From: Thermoplasmata archaeon
GTDB taxonomy: Archaea > Thermoplasmatota > Thermoplasmata > GCA-020350865
Reading direction: 5' to 3'
DNA length: 64,000 nucleotides
NCBI GenBank assembly: GCA_020348445.1
Contig: CP070751.1
Location: 4,070,164 to 4,134,163 of the forward strand
The notes under the pieces were generated by a model that worked only from the letters and a program-made list of their open reading frames with translations, was not told where the DNA came from and did no database searches. Position 1 is the first letter of the stretch; each line of letters begins with the position of its first letter. Below, in pieces: positions 58,420 to 64,000 of this stretch. The position numbers and the translations under genes are program-made.

Positions 58420-60606
58420 ATGAGAAAGATAGGGCATATCTTGATTATTCTAATGCTTGTTCTCAGTGGATTTGTTTTTGAACTATCGATCGAGCCAATA
58501 AAGGTTAGTGCTTACACACCCCATGATCCGATATATATTGATGGAAATGACGATTTCGCAACTCAGGCTGTTGCCGAGGATTGGTTGGGGGATGGAACTG
58601 AAGGGAATCCATATATTATTGAGGGGTATGAGATCGATACTGCTTACGCTAATGGGATTGAAATAAGGTCATCAAATGTATATTTTATAATAAGAAATAC
58701 CTCTATTTCAAGGAATTATGGGGTTTATAATTATTTTAGTGGAATATATTTTTATTCTGTTTCGAATGGAATGATAGAAAATTGCACCCTTAAAAAAAAC
58801 TATTATGGTATCTATATAAATACATCCAGTGAAATCAAAATCACAGGTAATAATATTTCCTATAATGGGGCAAGTGGATTACGTATTGGAAATTCCAATA
58901 ATAATAATATCGTTGCTAACAGAATTATTGAAAACCTAAATGGTATATATCTTGACTTTTCTCGTAAAAATAACATTTCGGATAACTATTTTTTATTTAA
59001 TTGGTTTAACCATGGTATATATTTTCTTTATTCAATCCAAAATATTGTTATTAATAACACATTGAATGATAATGGAATATTTATTGAAGGGGAAATTCAT
59101 GAACATTGGGGTACAAATAATATCGATTCCTCAAATACAGTCGAGGGAAAGCCATTATTTTTCTGGAAAAATCAAACTTCAGGTATAATTCCTTCAAGTG
59201 CAGGTCAGGTTATTCTCATAAATTGTACAAACATCGTAATAGAAAGCCTAGATATTAGATATGCTTCCGTCGGTATTCACATAGTATTTTCTTCTAATTG
59301 TTCTATTACTAATAATTCAGTTATCTACAACAATGCTTATGGTATTTGTCTTTATCAGTCAAATGGTAATTATATCTCAAACAACAACGCAAGCCACAAC
59401 TTTATTCATGGAATCTACCTTGATAATTGTCACGAAAATACCATTGTGAATAACGATGCTAATTCCAACTCGAGAACTGGTATTTATCTTAATTCTTCCA
59501 ATCAGAACAACATATCTGGTAACTCATTTTCCAGCAGAACAATGATATACTTCGGTAAAGGTATACAATTAACAAACTCAAACGAGAATATAATCCAAGA
59601 AAACAATATTATACGCCATGAATATGGAATTCATTTACAACACTCAACGAAAAATATCATCTTAAAAAATGATTTGTTAAATGGCTCAAGTAAAGGAATA
59701 TATCTCAATCATTCTAATTGGAATAATCTTATTGATAACGATATCGTTGATTTCAAATGGGGGGGCTTCTTATTCGAATACTCGAATAGCAACAATATTA
59801 CCGGTAACTCCTTTTCAAATAGCCATATTGGGATCTATCTTACAGAATCTAATGGTAACAATATAACAAAAAATATAGTAATTTCTAATGATGGGAATGG
59901 TATGCACTTATATTACTCCAATTGGAACAATATTACAGCCAATATTGTATGTTCGAATACCCAAAGTGCTATGGGAATCGTACATGGTAGTAATAATAAT
60001 GTCTCGAACAATAACTTCTCTAATAATGTTCAAGGAGGTCTTTACCTATTTAGTTCCACTGATAACTATTTCAATGGAAATATTATATCTGATAATAGAA
60101 AATCTGGAATGAGTTTTTATGATTCATCAAACCATAACTTCATTATTGGAAACACTATTTCAACAAATGGATGTGGAATATTTCTTATGGATTCTATGGG
60201 TAATGTTTTCCATCACAATAATATCGTCGACAATACTTACCAGTTGAACCAAACAAATAATCTTATAAATATATGGGACGACGGCAACGGCGAAGGAAAC
60301 TACTGGAGCGATTACAGGGGAGTTGATAAGGATGGTGATGGTGTAGGTGACACGAAATTACCACATCAGGGAGTGGATCATTATCCTCTCACGGATAGAA
60401 GGGAAAGTAAAGAGGATTTTATTTTTTCTGAGTTATGGCTTGTTTTTCTATTTATCCTCTTGATAATCATTATATGTGCTCTATTTACCTGGAAGATGAG
60501 TAAAAAGAAGCCAGAAATGGGACCACCTTTTGAAGGAGAACACAAGGAGCATCAAACTGGGGTGGAGGACCTAGAAGAGGAAAATTCCCTTAACGAAAAG
60601 GAATGA
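58420..60606 (+). CDS. Secreted right-handed beta-helix (NosD/CASH-like) protein, membrane anchored
   Basis: Signal peptide from ATG 58420; repeated GI.L..S.NN.I..N; GNYWSDY.G.D.DGDG.GD; C-terminal TM. Confidence 0.85.
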   Translation: MRKIGHILIILMLVLSGFVFELSIEPIKVSAYTPHDPIYIDGNDDFATQAVAEDWLGDGTEGNPYIIEGYEIDTAYANGIEIRSSNVYFIIRNTSISRNYGVYNYFSGIYFYSVSNGMIENCTLKKNYYGIYINTSSEIKITGNNISYNGASGLRIGNSNNNNIVANRIIENLNGIYLDFSRKNNISDNYFLFNWFNHGIYFLYSIQNIVINNTLNDNGIFIEGEIHEHWGTNNIDSSNTVEGKPLFFWKNQTSGIIPSSAGQVILINCTNIVIESLDIRYASVGIHIVFSSNCSITNNSVIYNNAYGICLYQSNGNYISNNNASHNFIHGIYLDNCHENTIVNNDANSNSRTGIYLNSSNQNNISGNSFSSRTMIYFGKGIQLTNSNENIIQENNIIRHEYGIHLQHSTKNIILKNDLLNGSSKGIYLNHSNWNNLIDNDIVDFKWGGFLFEYSNSNNITGNSFSNSHIGIYLTESNGNNITKNIVISNDGNGMHLYYSNWNNITANIVCSNTQSAMGIVHGSNNNVSNNNFSNNVQGGLYLFSSTDNYFNGNIISDNRKSGMSFYDSSNHNFIIGNTISTNGCGIFLMDSMGNVFHHNNIVDNTYQLNQTNNLINIWDDGNGEGNYWSDYRGVDKDGDGVGDTKLPHQGVDHYPLTDRRESKEDFIFSELWLVFLFILLIIIICALFTWKMSKKKPEMGPPFEGEHKEHQTGVEDLEEENSLNEKE

Positions 60607-60610
60607 TATA

Positions 60611-62518
60611 ATGAGGCGTATTGGACATTTGATTGTGATATTGGCGGTGGTGGGAAGTGGATTTGGAGGATTATTGACAATTACTCCAGAACAGGTGAGC
60701 GCATACACCCCTCATGACCCCATTTTTATCGATGGAGATGACGATTTTGCCACTCAAGCAGCAAGTGAAGGTTGGCCTGGGGATGGGACTGAGGGGAATC
60801 CATATATTATTGAGGGGTATGAGATCGATACTGCTTCTGCTAATGGTATTGAAATAAACTCGACAAGAGTCCATTTTATTATTAGAGATTCCCGAATTTT
60901 TAATATAACAGCAGAATATAATTTATTTGATGGAATTTTCCTACAAAATGTGACGAATGGTAAAATAACCAACTGTACCATTGAAAATAATTCATTTGGG
61001 ATAAGTGCCTATTTATCCAGTAGAAACACTATAATAAATAACACTATTTTGAACAATTATGAGGGTATATCACTCAGCGCATCTAACAATAATAACATTA
61101 CCACCAATAAACTTTATTCAAACTCTTATGGAGGTATCTATCTTTCGAATTCCGTTGATGAAAACATAACTGGCAACATAATGATTAAAAATGGAATCTT
61201 CATTTGGGGTAGTTCACTGGAAACTTGGAATAGCCATAATATAGATTTATCTAATACTGTAAACGGTAAGCCAGTATATTACTGGAAGAATCAAATTGGA
61301 GAATCTATCCTATCAGACCCAGGACAGATAATCTTAGCAAACTGTTCTAGTGTCAAAATAGAGAATCAAAATATCAGTTATAGTACTGTAGGAATTTTAA
61401 TTGGCTTTTCTTCAAACAATAAAATTATTAATAACAATGTTTCAGAAAATTGGTGTGGAATATATCTTTACTCCTCTCACAACAACAACATCACCAATAA
61501 TACTGCATATGCTAATAACTATGGAATCCAGCTCGATTTTTCTCATAGAAATATAATTGAAGATAACAATCTTATCGAAAATGGGTATGGAATACGCCTA
61601 AATAGTGATTCAAATGAGAACAATATTGTTGATAACCTCGCTTATTTGAGCATTTGTGGAATCTTTTTGAGTGGTTCCAACAATAATAACATCACTAGAA
61701 ATGAAATCCACTCCAGTGATCGAAATGGAATTGAACTCCATTTTTCTAGACAAAATAATGTAATTGCCAACAACGTGTCTCATACTAACCGGGCTGCCAT
61801 TTCCACTTTATGTTCCTATAATAATATTATAACGGATAATGCAGTTTCGAATAACGATATGGGTTTATATATCGATTCTTCAAAGGAGAACAGAATTATA
61901 AGTAATACAATTTCTAATAACGATTCGGGAATATATTTATATCTAGCTTCTAATAACAACATCACAGACAATAATTGTTCATCAAATACACATGCCGGGA
62001 TCAAAATTTGGACTTCATATACCAACCACATCACTAATAATAATGTTTATAACAATAACATAGGCATTGATCTCCATGGTTCTCATACTAATACCTTCAC
62101 TTATAATACCATTTTATCCAACAAATATTGTGGTTTAAATATCGGTTATTCTGATCGTAATATCTTCCACCACAACAATATAAATAATCAAAATCAGCTG
62201 TATCAATATGATAGTTCCAACACCTGGGATGACGGCTTTGGTGAAGGCAACTACTGGAGCGATTACAATGGTGTTGATAAAGACGGCGATGGGGTGGGAG
62301 ATACAGATCTTCCGCATCAGGGAGTGGACTACTATCCTCTCACAGATAGAAGGGAAGATAAAGAAGAATCATCTGTGCCTTGGATCCTGTTATTGATATG
62401 GCTGGTAGTATTAACGATAATTATAATCCTAATTTTGTTGATAAGGAAAAGAAAACCAACCAAAACCCCTCCCGAATCAGAATCCCAAATAAACCTCCCA
62501 ATCCAACCGAAATTTTAA
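60611..62518 (+). CDS. Second NosD/CASH-like beta-helix protein (tandem paralog)
   Basis: Same architecture ([15 protein letters not shown]...GNYWSDY); a 43-bp DNA stretch is identical to the upstream paralog. Confidence 0.85.
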   Translation: MRRIGHLIVILAVVGSGFGGLLTITPEQVSAYTPHDPIFIDGDDDFATQAASEGWPGDGTEGNPYIIEGYEIDTASANGIEINSTRVHFIIRDSRIFNITAEYNLFDGIFLQNVTNGKITNCTIENNSFGISAYLSSRNTIINNTILNNYEGISLSASNNNNITTNKLYSNSYGGIYLSNSVDENITGNIMIKNGIFIWGSSLETWNSHNIDLSNTVNGKPVYYWKNQIGESILSDPGQIILANCSSVKIENQNISYSTVGILIGFSSNNKIINNNVSENWCGIYLYSSHNNNITNNTAYANNYGIQLDFSHRNIIEDNNLIENGYGIRLNSDSNENNIVDNLAYLSICGIFLSGSNNNNITRNEIHSSDRNGIELHFSRQNNVIANNVSHTNRAAISTLCSYNNIITDNAVSNNDMGLYIDSSKENRIISNTISNNDSGIYLYLASNNNITDNNCSSNTHAGIKIWTSYTNHITNNNVYNNNIGIDLHGSHTNTFTYNTILSNKYCGLNIGYSDRNIFHHNNINNQNQLYQYDSSNTWDDGFGEGNYWSDYNGVDKDGDGVGDTDLPHQGVDYYPLTDRREDKEESSVPWILLLIWLVVLTIIIILILLIRKRKPTKTPPESESQINLPIQPKF

Positions 62519-62597
62519 TTTACACCTACAACATAACACCCGAAAGCCGATTTACGGCACAACATCCACGAATAATCTGGAGATGGAGGTTTTAGAA

Positions 62598-63764
62598 ATG
62601 AAACACAAAGGCAGCCACCTTTTTACATCCGAATCTGTGACAGAAGGCCATCCAGACAAGATGGCGGACCAGATATCAGATGCTATACTGGATGCAATTC
62701 TAAAGGACGATCCAAAGGGCCGTGTGGCCTGTGAAACAATGTGCACCACAGGTATGGTCATGGTAGCCGGAGAGATCACCACAGAGACCTACGTGGACAT
62801 TCCCAAGGTGGTAAGAGAGACCATCAGGGAAATCGGATACGACGACCCTAGGATGGGCTTCGACTGGGAAAGCTGCGCCATTGTAACATCCATTGACGAG
62901 CAGTCTCCTGACATTGCAATGGGTGTAAATGACACTCCAGATCACGAGCAGGGCGCAGGAGATCAGGGTCTAATGTTCGGCTACGCCTCCAATGAAACAA
63001 ACGTTCTAATGCCCTTGCCAATAACCCTAGCACACAGGCTCACCATGAAGCTTGCCGAGGTCAGAAAAAAAGGAATAATCGATTACATTGGTCCAGATGG
63101 CAAGTCCCAAGTTACGGTGGAGTACTCCGAGGGTGTCCCATCGAGAGTGGATGCAGTTGTCATTGCTTCCCAACACAAAGAGGGAATTACACATGATCAA
63201 ATCAAATCAGAGCTAGTTGAAAAAGTGATCAAGGATGTCGTCCCCCCAGAGATGCTGGATTCCGATACCAAATTCCATGTTAACGAAACAGGATCATTTA
63301 TCTTAGGCGGCCCCCATGCTGACTGCGGCCTTACCGGGAGAAAAATCATCGTGGATACATACGGTGGAGTGGGAAGCCACGGCGGAGGATGTTTTTCTGG
63401 AAAAGACCCCTCCAAGGTGGATCGTTCTGCCTCATACGCGGCAAGACACATAGCAAAAAATGTTGTTGCAGCAGAACTTGCTGACAAATGTGAAATCCAG
63501 GTTGCCTACGCAATTGGTGTTCCAAAGCCCCTTTCCATAATGGTTGACACATTCGGCACAAATAAAATAGACGAGGATAAAATCGAGGAATTGGTGGAAA
63601 AGAACTTTGACATGAGGCCAAGGATGATAATAAACAGGCTCGATCTCTTAAGGCCTATTTACAAGAAGACAGCAGCATACGGTCATTTTGGAAGGGAAGA
63701 TCCAGATTTCACATGGGAAAAAACGGACATGGCAGATACACTGAAAAAGGAAGCTGGTCTTTAG
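62598..63764 (+). CDS. metK: S-adenosylmethionine synthetase, bacterial/eukaryal type
   Basis: [63 protein letters not shown]; GGAGGT RBS before ATG 62598. Confidence 0.95.
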   Translation: MKHKGSHLFTSESVTEGHPDKMADQISDAILDAILKDDPKGRVACETMCTTGMVMVAGEITTETYVDIPKVVRETIREIGYDDPRMGFDWESCAIVTSIDEQSPDIAMGVNDTPDHEQGAGDQGLMFGYASNETNVLMPLPITLAHRLTMKLAEVRKKGIIDYIGPDGKSQVTVEYSEGVPSRVDAVVIASQHKEGITHDQIKSELVEKVIKDVVPPEMLDSDTKFHVNETGSFILGGPHADCGLTGRKIIVDTYGGVGSHGGGCFSGKDPSKVDRSASYAARHIAKNVVAAELADKCEIQVAYAIGVPKPLSIMVDTFGTNKIDEDKIEELVEKNFDMRPRMIINRLDLLRPIYKKTAAYGHFGREDPDFTWEKTDMADTLKKEAGL

Positions 63765-63775
63765 GATTTATAATT

Positions 63776-64000
63776 TTATTTCTTTCCAAAATTGTATCCT
63801 TTTTCAAAGGCATCTTCATTTAGTTTTTCAGTACCCTTTGGAACCGAGGAGAGAATGGCGTTCTTCATGGCATCGTAGCTTACCGCTTCTGTGACTGCGG
63901 AGAAGAATCCCAGCATCACAATATTTGCCACGATTTTCCTGCCCAGCTCCTCTGCCAATCTTGTGGCAGGAATCTTAAACACCTTCCACTTGTTTTTTTC
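63776..64000 (-). CDS. 2-oxoacid:ferredoxin oxidoreductase gamma subunit, C-terminal part (truncated by the window)
   Basis: IPAT.LAEELG.KIVANIVMLG...N..AFEKGY pattern. Confidence 0.8.
   Translation of the reverse strand, partial: EKNKWKVFKIPATRLAEELGRKIVANIVMLGFFSAVTEAVSYDAMKNAILSSVPKGTEKLNEDAFEKGYNFGKK

Noticed and set aside
58420-62518. Diversity-generating retroelement targets (Asn/AAT-rich genes)
   Set aside because: No reverse transcriptase and no template/variable repeat pair differing only at adenines was seen.
299-63621. Numerous 60-210 aa ORFs antisense or out of frame within long genes (for example 11984..12478, 29751..30227, 31027..31653, 40951..41445, 55482..55997)
   Set aside because: Shadow ORFs fully overlapping confidently identified genes, with no recognisable motifs.

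Overview
Archaeal chromosomal window, most likely class Thermoplasmata (fused rpoB, N-terminally extended rpoA'', split transketolase plus transaldolase, GatD, RaSEA); the taxonomy is inferred from gene content. In order: a type IV pilus locus (1624-aa pilin-adhesin, a pilin-like protein, two TadC-like proteins, two ATPases); a tandem hairpin array fused to an intron-containing tRNA-Pro(GGG); a carotenoid (crtZ/crtY/crtI/crtB) and UV-repair (uvsE) cluster; a papain protease with a chagasin-type inhibitor; a tRNA-Lys(UUU) interrupted by three introns; the RNA polymerase operon, with a 165-bp structured insert flanked by 20-bp direct repeats between rpoB and rpoA'; housekeeping and surface-protein genes; a large surface protein with a longin/roadblock-like tail next to a Rab-like GTPase and a V4R protein; non-oxidative pentose phosphate genes; an intron-containing tRNA-Ser(CGA) flanked by hairpins built from its own fragments; an RHH-PIN toxin-antitoxin pair; two NosD/beta-helix paralogs; a bacterial-type metK. 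The most striking unexplained signal is non-coding: hairpin arrays of about 75-87 nt period anchored on two tRNA genes, with stems made of tRNA end sequences and their antisense. No integrase, Cas1, transposase or reverse transcriptase is encoded in the window. All structures were read by eye and need computational confirmation.
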